Shown: in pieces, positions 19,608-28,545 of the stretch
Position numbering within the stretch: position 1 is the first letter of the stretch
Layout: each line of letters opens with the position of its first letter
Translations under genes and position numbers: made by a program
Notes under the pieces: generated by a model
Told to the model about the DNA's origin: nothing
Seen by the model: the letters and a program-made list of their open reading frames with translations, nothing else
Database searches by the model: none
Origin: a phage
Reading direction: 5' to 3' (one strand)
Sequence record: PZ445443.1
Length of the DNA stretch: 64,000 nucleotides

Positions 19608-20648
19608 TTATTTAACGTGTTTGAAAATACCTGCCAACTCGGTCATTGTCATGCGGGTGGTCTTCATAAGATCTGTCATAGCTTTCTCCATAATTGGAGA
19701 TACTACCATAAAGTTTCCTTTAGTGAAACCTTTATTCCAGTCGGTCACCAACAGTGGTTTAAGTCCAGCTCCGAGACGTTCACCAGTTAAAGCACAGCAT
19801 TTGCGAATATACGAACTCTTAAATTGGCTGAACGACAGATCAACTTTCATACCTGCATCGTAGAACGTTTGACAATAGAAAGTGTAAGCCTTAGCAATCT
19901 CAACATCATCAGGCAGTGCAGGAACCTCTTCTGCAATCCCCTCTTCGACCTCCTGAGGCTCTTTTTCCTCTTCAGAGTTCTGTTCTTCAACTTCTTCTGT
20001 CACAGTCTCGTTCACGATGTCTGAAATGTGTTTGTTGGCTGCACGATCAGCCATGAAATTTTTAAAGTCCTGCATTGGTGACATATCTTCTTCCTCTTCG
20101 TCAAATAGTGCTAGTTTATCTTCTTCTGTCCCGTATTGCAAGATGAAATCTTCAAAAGTATAATCACCTTTCAATTTCTCCATACGCTCTTCGCTCAGGT
20201 GGAGCATCATCTGCTGGACAATTTTTCGATCAGTTTTGTCTTTAATCAGGATTGCAGTCTTTTTATCTACCAGACAGTCTTTCAGAGCATTGCACCTCAA
20301 CCCTACCACACAACAATTGTCAATTGCGTAAGGGCCTTCATCATCTATACGCTCCAAAGATGGGTAGAAAGGATTCCCCAGCCCGTTTTCATCTGTGTGC
20401 ATGTCAAAAGGTATAAGGGTATAGTCGCATACTCCATCTCCTAAAAGTTTTTTACCAAATAGGAGGTATTCTTCCCATGACAGGTCGAACTCTATATCTC
20501 GTTTCCGTGCGTTATTCTGTTTGCGTCTATATTTTTTGAGCAAGCGCTCTAACTCTTCTGGTGTATAATATTTTTCAAGATTCATGAGTCGTCTCTCGTG
20601 CTCTGTAAGTGAAGAAATCGTATCAATTGTCTCAACAGATGTCAACAT
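19608..20648 (-). CDS. hypothetical protein with acidic central region (346 aa)
   Basis: ORF track; ATG at 20648 (track uses TTG 20651); Glu-rich low-complexity segment. Confidence 0.5.
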   Translation of the reverse strand: MLTSVETIDTISSLTEHERRLMNLEKYYTPEELERLLKKYRRKQNNARKRDIEFDLSWEEYLLFGKKLLGDGVCDYTLIPFDMHTDENGLGNPFYPSLERIDDEGPYAIDNCCVVGLRCNALKDCLVDKKTAILIKDKTDRKIVQQMMLHLSEERMEKLKGDYTFEDFILQYGTEEDKLALFDEEEEDMSPMQDFKNFMADRAANKHISDIVNETVTEEVEEQNSEEEKEPQEVEEGIAEEVPALPDDVEIAKAYTFYCQTFYDAGMKVDLSFSQFKSSYIRKCCALTGERLGAGLKPLLVTDWNKGFTKGNFMVVSPIMEKAMTDLMKTTRMTMTELAGIFKHVK

Positions 20649-20658
20649 CAAAAACGTG

Positions 20659-20687
20659 TTGACTTTACTCTAACTCTACAATATAGT
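20659..20687 (+). promoter_or_regulatory. sigma70-type promoter for the + strand replication module
   Basis: TTGACT (20659-20664), 17-nt spacer, TATAGT (20682-20687); in divergent intergenic region 41 nt before ATG 20728. Confidence 0.6.
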
Positions 20688-20727
20688 GCACCCATTCGAA
20701 AGAAAACTAACATAGGAGCACTTACTT

Positions 20728-21627
20728 ATGGCAAATCTTAACAGTTTTAGTACGCGGTGGAAACAGGACATAACAACCAATCTTTCAGCTGGGGACATCC
20801 TTTCTGCAATTTACGAGGCTTTAGATGATAAAGCTACTTCAAAAGCGGTTTGTACCAACCCGCTAATTCCTGTAGTGATGAAGGTTATTGAGCGTAGATT
20901 GGTATCTGGGTCTGATAAGTGGACATATTTAGATAATGAAGGACACACCTATTCCAATGGGTACGTCGATATAAAAGTAGAATACGCGGTATCATACCGC
21001 CGGAGCGGTTCTGTAACTTTCAACTTCTCTGGAGGTTTTCGATCTCTGGCTACCTCACCTTTTGTTTCCTCAGAGGAGAAGTATGAGCTGCCATTTCTTT
21101 GGATGATGGCTAACGCGACAGGAAAAACCCCCGTTAGCATCCGAGTAAAATACAACTACAACGGATCTAGTAAGATCTATGCCGAAAGTGTCTCAGCAAG
21201 TTTTTATTTTGTGATGGGGGATGGAATCCTCAAACATATAAAGATGTGCGATATGCATGATGTTATAAATGAAGTGACTGATAAGAATGTTCTAGTGAAA
21301 GACCTCAACAATTTTTATACACCCGGAGACTATTACGTCAGCCGTCCACTGTGCATCTTTAATGCCGCACACCCTCTAGGTGAGTATTTGATCGCCAATA
21401 GCGATATTGCCAATAACCGCTTCGAGGTAGCAAGAGTTCAGAATGAGGTATTGACATCTTGCAAGAGCGGTGATAAGTTTACCGAAGAAGAGATGGGTGT
21501 TTTAGAAATGATGGGATATAAGTGCAGCCTTTGGGTAGATGAGGTGTTTAATGATTGCATCTGTGGACAGGATATTTACCCATTAAAGAAGTATACTGAT
21601 ACAAGTTTAATTTATGCGAGGGTTTGA
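20728..21627 (+). CDS. hypothetical protein (299 aa)
   Basis: ORF track; AGGAG RBS. Confidence 0.55.
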   Translation: MANLNSFSTRWKQDITTNLSAGDILSAIYEALDDKATSKAVCTNPLIPVVMKVIERRLVSGSDKWTYLDNEGHTYSNGYVDIKVEYAVSYRRSGSVTFNFSGGFRSLATSPFVSSEEKYELPFLWMMANATGKTPVSIRVKYNYNGSSKIYAESVSASFYFVMGDGILKHIKMCDMHDVINEVTDKNVLVKDLNNFYTPGDYYVSRPLCIFNAAHPLGEYLIANSDIANNRFEVARVQNEVLTSCKSGDKFTEEEMGVLEMMGYKCSLWVDEVFNDCICGQDIYPLKKYTDTSLIYARV

Positions 21628-21923
21628 CTATGATGAAGGCATGTGGTAATGTATATTACGTCGGTGAACATGTTCAGGCAGACAGTGTGTGGAAATCTAT
21701 TAAGTCCACCACTGACGATGCCTTTCTGAGTGGACTATGTTTCCCCAATCCGGGAGACATCCTCCCTCATCCTGGAGATTTTGTTGTCAACAAGATGGAC
21801 GGTTATACCGTGTGCCTGATGGTTGAAAAAATCTTTTTAGACACTAGACACAATCACCGTCTTGTGTTAAAATTTCAAGAATGTAAAATGACAATTGCCA
21901 AAGGAGACCTTACCGATGTCTAA
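21624..21923 (+). CDS. hypothetical protein (99 aa)
   Basis: ORF track; ATGA overlap with upstream gene. Confidence 0.5.
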   Translation: MTMMKACGNVYYVGEHVQADSVWKSIKSTTDDAFLSGLCFPNPGDILPHPGDFVVNKMDGYTVCLMVEKIFLDTRHNHRLVLKFQECKMTIAKGDLTDV

Positions 21924-22272
21924 AGTTACTTATCGTGCAGCTATTTACTGCAATGAACACCCAATCAACAATGATGGTCACTGCCTTTTTAAAGAAAATC
22001 AGTTGGGATGTATTGTCCTCCCTGATGAAGGGAAAGGTTATCTGATTGCATTGACAGGGTTTGAACCTGAAGCTCTGGAAGCCAATCTGGACTACCTGGT
22101 AGAAGAGGGTGCTGCAGACCTGGTTGCCAATGGCTTCTCCATAAGCCTTGACGAAGTGGAGCGCTTCATGGGCAATTACCGTGTAGTGCGTGAGTTTACT
22201 ATCGAGGTGGAAACTCCAGAGTGGGGTAGCCATGAAACTAATGCCGAAGAAAAAGAAGAGGAGGTAGAATAA
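21916..22272 (+). CDS. hypothetical acidic protein (118 aa)
   Basis: ATG 21916 with AAGGAG 9 nt upstream; acidic C-terminus. Confidence 0.45.
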   Translation: MSKVTYRAAIYCNEHPINNDGHCLFKENQLGCIVLPDEGKGYLIALTGFEPEALEANLDYLVEEGAADLVANGFSISLDEVERFMGNYRVVREFTIEVETPEWGSHETNAEEKEEEVE

Positions 22273-22529
22273 TGAAAGTGCAGATCTTGACTAATGCCGA
22301 GAAGATGTTTATTGAAGATACACCTTTTGAAGCTGGTGAGCTCCAGTTCATTTATTTTGTTGACTTAGATAAGGTGTTCCCTGCACTGAATCTTGGTCTG
22401 GATGAAGTTCCTCATAAGGTTTTGTGCCAAGTTGTTCGTGCATTAGCGGCAGATGGGGAGTTCCACACCCTTGAAGATGTCCAGACCTACGGGTATCTTG
22501 AACTACAACGAGAAGAAGAGGTGGACTGA
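22272..22529 (+). CDS. hypothetical protein (85 aa)
   Basis: ORF track; TAATG coupling. Confidence 0.5.
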   Translation: MKVQILTNAEKMFIEDTPFEAGELQFIYFVDLDKVFPALNLGLDEVPHKVLCQVVRALAADGEFHTLEDVQTYGYLELQREEEVD

Positions 22530-22531
22530 TA

Positions 22532-22912
22532 ATGGCCCGGTGGAAGACAACAGTTGACCTTCATGATCAGTGGTTAGGACGCATCACTGAAGACGGGAAG
22601 CTAGTGGAGTGGGACAATAAGCATGTTAGCGAGTTGGCAAGTATTGTGGCTGGCAAGTTACGCTCCAAGTTCCCTGAACAACTGGATCCTGATAGTTCAA
22701 AGTTCGATCCTGAGTTGGAGGATGTTGTATACTACTTCGACACCGTTGATGACTACGACGCGTGGTTTGCAGCACGGGAGCTTTACCCACAAGGCTCTGC
22801 TATGCGTCAGATGGAAGAAGATTATCCTCCGTGTGAGCAATTCAATAGTGCAATGACTTGCCTCTATGATTGGGCAGATAAGAACCTTGTCTGGATTCGG
22901 ACTGCATTTTAG
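22532..22912 (+). CDS. hypothetical protein (126 aa)
   Basis: ORF track. Confidence 0.5.
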   Translation: MARWKTTVDLHDQWLGRITEDGKLVEWDNKHVSELASIVAGKLRSKFPEQLDPDSSKFDPELEDVVYYFDTVDDYDAWFAARELYPQGSAMRQMEEDYPPCEQFNSAMTCLYDWADKNLVWIRTAF

Positions 22913-22956
22913 TGGGCAGGAATGGCGGCAAGGATGCTGCTTAAGGAGTAGTAGAG

Positions 22957-23226
22957 ATGTTATACCAGCAATATGAACTTCGTGCAGAAAAAGAGTTAAA
23001 TTTTGACAAAGATATTCACAGATATTATTATGGGAAAGTTAGAGGGCAAGCAAGAAAGTGTACTCCAACACTCTTTTATGCCAGCAGACGACTAGCGCCA
23101 GAAGAGGCAACAGCAGAAAGGGTTGCGTACAACTGGAGAGTCACGTATGATATTGACAGATCCGATGTGATATCTGTTTTGGAAAACTTTGAAAACACTT
23201 ACACACAAGTAGAGGACTTTTACTAA
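22957..23226 (+). CDS. hypothetical protein (89 aa)
   Basis: ORF track; RBS AAGGAG. Confidence 0.5.
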   Translation: MLYQQYELRAEKELNFDKDIHRYYYGKVRGQARKCTPTLFYASRRLAPEEATAERVAYNWRVTYDIDRSDVISVLENFENTYTQVEDFY

Positions 23227-24410
23227 TGTCAAGAAACGTATTCGAAAGTGGTCAAATCACTGTCCGTGAGTTGCCAGCTATTATTCAGTTTGCCCAACGT
23301 CATAGCCGATCTGTCCTAATTTTGGGACCAATGGGTGTGGGTAAAAGCCAGGTGATGAAGCAGATCGCTGATAATATGTTCGGTGAGCGAGATGACAACC
23401 TTGTTGACGTGCGACTGTCAGATAAAGATCCTGCCGACTTATCTGGGCTACCTATCCCTGTAGAGGCGGATGGAACTACACGTACAGTGTTTGCAATTCC
23501 AGAATTTTGGCCTGCGGATCCTGACTGGAGCGGAATTATCTTTCTGGATGAGCTCACTCATGCAGATAACTACCTGCAAAAGGTTGCAATGCAAATTATG
23601 CTTGACCACAAGTGCGGTACCTATGCATTCCCTAAGGGTTCTGTTTTTGTGGCTGCTGGTAACCGTTCTACAGATGGTGCGGTTCTTTCGGCGCTCGAAG
23701 CCCCTCTGGCTAACCGTTTTATCATTGTAGAGGTTACAAGCAATGCAGAGGTGTTTATTGAGGACTACGCATTCCTTAATGGGGTGCACTCCTCTGTAAT
23801 TGGATATCTGAAAAGAGTTCCATCAGCTATCGATAATTATGAGGCCATGGCTGAGATTAATTGTCCATCTTTTGCCACACCGCGATCTTGGGTTGCTGCA
23901 TCTGATATCTTGCACGATTTTGACAGCGGTATTATTTCTGACGCTATGGCCCGTGTTCTTCTGCAAGGTGCTATTGGTCACACTGCAGCGGTAGAGATCT
24001 GGACATACCACACCAAGAAACGCAATTTACCTGAAATCGGTCGGATTATGGCAGGTGGTTGCAAAGAATACGTAGGTCCTAAGCAGCCAGACATTTTGTG
24101 GATTCTTGGATCTGAAGGTTGTATCGCTATTCGTAATATGATGGAAAATGCAAGTATCTCAGACGAAGATCTTGTCAGCTGCGTGGCAAACTTCCTCGAT
24201 TTCCTTTGGGAAAACTTCAAGGACGAGAACCGAGATTTTGTATTCTCAGTCTTTATGGCGATGATGAAACCTAATGCCTTAGGAAATGCCTTGCTTATCG
24301 GCAAAGGGCGTGACAAGATTGTTGCTCAGCTGATCAAAGCATACCCAAACCTGATGAAGATTGTAAAAGAGTTTGGTGAAGAGTTTAGCGCCATTTTGGC
24401 TAAAGCTTAA
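23226..24410 (+). CDS. AAA+ ATPase (MoxR/CobS-like)
   Basis: Walker A GPMGVGKS; Walker B-like IIFLDELTHAD; size and organisation typical of MoxR-type ATPases that pair with VWA proteins. Confidence 0.7.
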   Translation: MSRNVFESGQITVRELPAIIQFAQRHSRSVLILGPMGVGKSQVMKQIADNMFGERDDNLVDVRLSDKDPADLSGLPIPVEADGTTRTVFAIPEFWPADPDWSGIIFLDELTHADNYLQKVAMQIMLDHKCGTYAFPKGSVFVAAGNRSTDGAVLSALEAPLANRFIIVEVTSNAEVFIEDYAFLNGVHSSVIGYLKRVPSAIDNYEAMAEINCPSFATPRSWVAASDILHDFDSGIISDAMARVLLQGAIGHTAAVEIWTYHTKKRNLPEIGRIMAGGCKEYVGPKQPDILWILGSEGCIAIRNMMENASISDEDLVSCVANFLDFLWENFKDENRDFVFSVFMAMMKPNALGNALLIGKGRDKIVAQLIKAYPNLMKIVKEFGEEFSAILAKA

Positions 24411-24419
24411 GGGGGTTGT

Positions 24420-24800
24420 ATGGCTAAAGTAGGTAAGCGGGGAAACTACCTGGTGGTATTGACCGAGGAGCCGGAGAAGGAGTACGAATGCAGCTCCACT
24501 TGCGTGATCGATATCCGAGAAAAAGATGTAGATGAAATCTGGTTTAAAATATTGGACGCTTGCGACAGCAGTGATTATTTCTTCATCTATGTCAACGATA
24601 AGGCTGGGTTCTTCCATGACGACGGAGAGTTGCCGTATGAAATCTATGAACTTGTAGAGGCTTGCCATCGTGGAGATGCGGAGTTGTTTGGCTTACGGCT
24701 GAAAAGCGGTAAATTCTTCTATCAAGATGAGTGCATGAATCTTCATAACTTTGTAGAGGGAACTTGCAACGATGGAGAGATTTTGGCACACTACGATTAA
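24420..24800 (+). CDS. hypothetical protein (126 aa)
   Basis: ORF track; RBS AAGGGGG. Confidence 0.5.
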   Translation: MAKVGKRGNYLVVLTEEPEKEYECSSTCVIDIREKDVDEIWFKILDACDSSDYFFIYVNDKAGFFHDDGELPYEIYELVEACHRGDAELFGLRLKSGKFFYQDECMNLHNFVEGTCNDGEILAHYD

Positions 24801-24812
24801 TTTCTAAGACCT

Positions 24813-24841
24813 CCCCCGCTTCGGCGGGGATTTTCTATTTG
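24813..24841 (+). terminator. rho-independent terminator
   Basis: CCCCCGC-TTCG-GCGGGGG stem-loop followed by ATTTTCTATTT. Confidence 0.65.
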
Positions 24842-24849
24842 GAGTTATT

Positions 24850-25350
24850 GTGAAAATTAAGATCTTTGCTATTATTTTGAGCGCATTTTTATCGCTGCCT
24901 GTTGTTGCAGCACCAAAACAAAAAGTATACCATACTTGCAAGCCATCAGATACTAAGGAAAACATTCTAGCATGCAATATCTACAGGGAAGCTAGAGGGG
25001 ATGGCACGATGGGTATGCTGGCATCTGGGTTTGCCACCCTAAACAGGAAATCTCACCCCAAATACCCAGACACCATAAGAAAGATTGTCTACCAACCTAA
25101 CCAGTTTTCGTGGACAAACCACGGCAAAACTTTTAAGGTGACAGAAAAAGATTCATGGGATCACGCTAAAAGTCTTGCAAAGATGCTTCTAAAGGTCTAT
25201 AATAACAACCATGTTGCATACATGGCTATGGATATAACAGGTGGAGCAACACACTACCATACAACCAAAGTACGACCGAAATGGGCAAAAAAGATGCAGA
25301 GGACAGCTCAATTCGGGAGCCATATCTACTACAAGGAGCGCAATAAATGA
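24850..25350 (+). CDS. secreted cell-wall hydrolase, SleB/CwlJ-like (GTG start)
   Basis: N-terminal signal peptide MKIKIFAIILSAFLSLPVVAAP; NIYREARGDG...LNR...QPNQFSW matches SleB-type hydrolase pattern; GGAG 6 nt upstream of GTG. Confidence 0.65.
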   Translation: MKIKIFAIILSAFLSLPVVAAPKQKVYHTCKPSDTKENILACNIYREARGDGTMGMLASGFATLNRKSHPKYPDTIRKIVYQPNQFSWTNHGKTFKVTEKDSWDHAKSLAKMLLKVYNNNHVAYMAMDITGGATHYHTTKVRPKWAKKMQRTAQFGSHIYYKERNK

Positions 25351-27329
25351 TTGTAAACAGTAATGAAACTAAAGCAGTGCTAACCGGAAATATGGAGGTC
25401 ACCAGGGGCTCAATTTCTCTGAACAAAGAGACTTTTGGGCTAATCATTAAAGGGATTTACGAAGATAAGGTGCTGGCAAGCTGCCGTGAACCAATCTTCA
25501 ACGCTGTAGACTCCCATGTTGAGTCTGGACGGGGTGATGTACCGATCATCATTCACTCTCCTACAGACCTTGAACCATACTTCTTTGTGCAGGACGTTGG
25601 ATTGGGCATGTCAGAAGAGATGGTCCGCAACACGTTCATGAACCTTGGAGAGTCAACCAAGCGCAACAGTAACGCTCTGGTAGGTAATAAAGGTGTTGGT
25701 TCAAAGGCTCCGTTCAGCATGGTGGACACTTTCGATGTTATCAGTGTGCACAATGGTGTTGAAAGCACATATCTATTGTTCTTGGATCAGGGTATCCCAA
25801 ACGTTACCAAGATCCGCGAGCGGAAGACTGAAGAGCACAACGGGGTAAAAGTTCAGTTTCATGTTAAGAAAGAGCATGTCCTGAAATATCGCACTGCTAT
25901 TGCATCGTGCTTACGCTATGCGAAGTTTCCGTTCACCGTCACCGATCCCATGACCAGTAAGATGTTAGAAGGTGACAAGGTTGAGGCACAGTATCATTAC
26001 GAGAAGGATGGCTGGAAAATGACCATCCTGAAAGGTTATACCAGTTCTGATGAGAGCCGTGTTGTGATGGGTCACCAACCTTACCGCTCTAAGTTCCTGG
26101 AGACATTGACCGATTACCCTGCAATCTGCGTGGAAATTCCTATCGGGGATTGCAATATTAACCCTGGGCGTGAATGGACCATTGAGGGCCATGACGACGG
26201 TGGATTCCAGGATCGCCTGGAGGCCTTTGTTAAAGAAGGTATACGTCTTCGCGGGGCAGAAGTTGTTGCAGAACTGGAGACGGCAAAAACCTCAGCAGAA
26301 GCACGTGAAATGATGAAGAATAGTGGGGTGTTCGGACACATCTTCGGCAAAAACTTTATGTGGAACCGTTGGGAAGAAACAGGGCTTGGCGACTTAGGCG
26401 ATTGTGAAATTTTCGCTGGCGGCTTAAATAAAGGCCGCATAGGCTATGCTCGTTACGGAAAGTCGGAGTTCTTACGAGGTGTATACCTTGTATTTAACGA
26501 CGGAGACGGCAAATATAACCGAAATAAGTGTAACTACTTAAGCGAGATCACCGGACGCAACGTTTTCTATTGCCGTAACACGGATCTGGTGGAAGAGTTT
26601 AAAGAAGCGGCACACCACCCGTTCTTTGCAGATACGGTCAAATTGTTATCAGAGCTCCCTCGCCGACCTGCGAAGAAAGGTGAAACAAAAACTCATTACG
26701 AGCCAGGTTATTGGGTTAAAAAGCTTGAGAAGGATGGTTACTTCCGTCGTGAACGTATTACTAAGGCAGAGTTCAAGAAGATTAAGCACTGCATTCCTTA
26801 TGAGGGTGATATCCAACGTGGAAGTTGTTGGCTGGGACAGCTGAGTAACATCTACCAGCAAAATTATGACCGTGTGCGTGCGGCACTCCAGATTCCTGAA
26901 GGGGAAGACCTGTACCTGGTATCAGAATCCCGTCTGCTTTGGACTAATCCTGATTGCCAGTATGTTACAGAGAAAAATGTGGAACATTTGTTGAAAGAGG
27001 ACGCCTGGAAATTCTTACTGACTCGCGCAGCAAATGAAACTTCATATGACAGCCTGTATAGACAATTAGGGAAAATTATCCCCATGCAGGATTTTGGAAA
27101 TTATCGGCCACATTTCCACAAGTGGGAAGGTAACACCGCGTGGAAGCACAGTGAGCTAAATCATCGTGCCAAAATCTTAATCGCCAACCGGGTTAAGTGC
27201 GGGAAGGCCTATATTGCAAGATTGGAAAAGAAATATCCACTTTTGAAGCATGTGGGCTTGAAATATTGGGACACTCCTGCTATGATTGAATACCGTGAAC
27301 TGATCGATACAAAGAATAACATCAAATAA
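25347..27329 (+). CDS. rIIA: rIIA-like protein (GHKL-type ATPase fold)
   Basis: 660 aa; N-terminal NAVDSH...QDVGLGMS...GNKGVGSKAPF resembles T4 rIIA as recalled; adjacent to rIIB-like gene. Confidence 0.65.
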   Translation: MIVNSNETKAVLTGNMEVTRGSISLNKETFGLIIKGIYEDKVLASCREPIFNAVDSHVESGRGDVPIIIHSPTDLEPYFFVQDVGLGMSEEMVRNTFMNLGESTKRNSNALVGNKGVGSKAPFSMVDTFDVISVHNGVESTYLLFLDQGIPNVTKIRERKTEEHNGVKVQFHVKKEHVLKYRTAIASCLRYAKFPFTVTDPMTSKMLEGDKVEAQYHYEKDGWKMTILKGYTSSDESRVVMGHQPYRSKFLETLTDYPAICVEIPIGDCNINPGREWTIEGHDDGGFQDRLEAFVKEGIRLRGAEVVAELETAKTSAEAREMMKNSGVFGHIFGKNFMWNRWEETGLGDLGDCEIFAGGLNKGRIGYARYGKSEFLRGVYLVFNDGDGKYNRNKCNYLSEITGRNVFYCRNTDLVEEFKEAAHHPFFADTVKLLSELPRRPAKKGETKTHYEPGYWVKKLEKDGYFRRERITKAEFKKIKHCIPYEGDIQRGSCWLGQLSNIYQQNYDRVRAALQIPEGEDLYLVSESRLLWTNPDCQYVTEKNVEHLLKEDAWKFLLTRAANETSYDSLYRQLGKIIPMQDFGNYRPHFHKWEGNTAWKHSELNHRAKILIANRVKCGKAYIARLEKKYPLLKHVGLKYWDTPAMIEYRELIDTKNNIK

Positions 27330-27339
27330 GGAGACCAAG

Positions 27340-28545
27340 ATGATTTTCATCTACGAACATTTCAAAACTCGTAAAGAAGCACGTGACCGCCGTGCAGAAC
27401 TTGAGAAGAAGGGTTTCACATGTGCCATTGAGAAAGGCGACACAACCTGGACACTGGCAGTTGGTGCCCCAGAGTTGTTCGATCCTGACCGTGACAGCGT
27501 CTGCTACACCCGTGAGGATTTTGAAACCCGTGAAGAGGCCCGTTTATTTAGATATGGGCTGGAAGATAACGGTAAGTACGCCATGATCTTAGACTTAGGC
27601 GAAGGTTCCGTTAAACGTTGGGGCGTGGTATACCCACTGTGTGTTGTTCACGGTGTGGGGTTTACTGGGGTAGCAATCAAGTCAGAAGAACCTTTAGTAG
27701 AAGTCAAAGATCCGGTGCTGGAAGTGGTGAGCAGTGTGTCTCAGCAACAGACTCGAAGCATCGAGCCTTTGGTAGTTATTTGCGGGGAACTCCTCCAGAT
27801 CACCTGCAACGAAGGAATTTTTGAAATTCGCCGCAGCGAAAGTGAGGAAGTTTACCAGAAAGTCTTCGACCATATCTCTGTTCAGGAATATGATGAGGCA
27901 ATTGGTGAAATCCTTGTCTGGCTGGAACGCAAGAATGAGTTCACCACACTTGCAGACAACCTGATCATGAAAGATGGTAAGCTCTACTACTACGGTGTAG
28001 AGATGCGATCCACCATTGCAAAGAAAATTGAGAAAGATTATGCAGACGGAACGCTGGATGACCGCTATGTGAAATTCCTCGTTCGCCTGCTACGCAATCC
28101 TTCTGCAAAATCTGTAAACATGCTCTACGATTTTATGCAGGCCAATGATATTCAGATTGCAGAAGATGGTCGAATCATTTGCTACAAAGGGGTTCAGTTT
28201 AACGGCAGCAAGTGGGTGGATTGGCACAGTGGTAAAGTCCCACAATACCAAGGTGCTTTTGTATCCATGCCTCGTAACTTTGTAGAGGATGATCCTGAAG
28301 CTGCGTGCTCCTATGGCTTACACTGCGCCAGCAAAGAGTATGCAAAGAGCTACGGCACTGTAATGACTGTCATGGTTGACCCTGCAGATGTAGTTAGTGT
28401 GCCATATCAACACAATAGCGCTAAGTGCCGTGCATGCCGCTATGAGATTGTGGTAGCTCCGGAAGCACGCAAAGATGGAGACCCTATTGAATATGTAGTT
28501 GATCGTGACGGTAACACTATCGACATTCTTTACGAGGAGGCGTAA
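27340..28545 (+). CDS. rIIB: rIIB-like protein
   Basis: 401 aa; FLVRLLRNPSAKSVNMLYDFMQANDIQIAEDG and GLHCASKEYAKSYG...VDPADVVSVP...NSAKCRACRYEIV resemble conserved rIIB blocks as recalled; follows rIIA. Confidence 0.6.
   Translation: MIFIYEHFKTRKEARDRRAELEKKGFTCAIEKGDTTWTLAVGAPELFDPDRDSVCYTREDFETREEARLFRYGLEDNGKYAMILDLGEGSVKRWGVVYPLCVVHGVGFTGVAIKSEEPLVEVKDPVLEVVSSVSQQQTRSIEPLVVICGELLQITCNEGIFEIRRSESEEVYQKVFDHISVQEYDEAIGEILVWLERKNEFTTLADNLIMKDGKLYYYGVEMRSTIAKKIEKDYADGTLDDRYVKFLVRLLRNPSAKSVNMLYDFMQANDIQIAEDGRIICYKGVQFNGSKWVDWHSGKVPQYQGAFVSMPRNFVEDDPEAACSYGLHCASKEYAKSYGTVMTVMVDPADVVSVPYQHNSAKCRACRYEIVVAPEARKDGDPIEYVVDRDGNTIDILYEEA

Noticed and set aside
20652-20727. Promoter for the - strand genes in the divergent intergenic region
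   Set aside because: Only a weak TTTCTT...TATATT candidate on the - strand; not annotated, so the - strand unit may start elsewhere or use a phage-specific promoter
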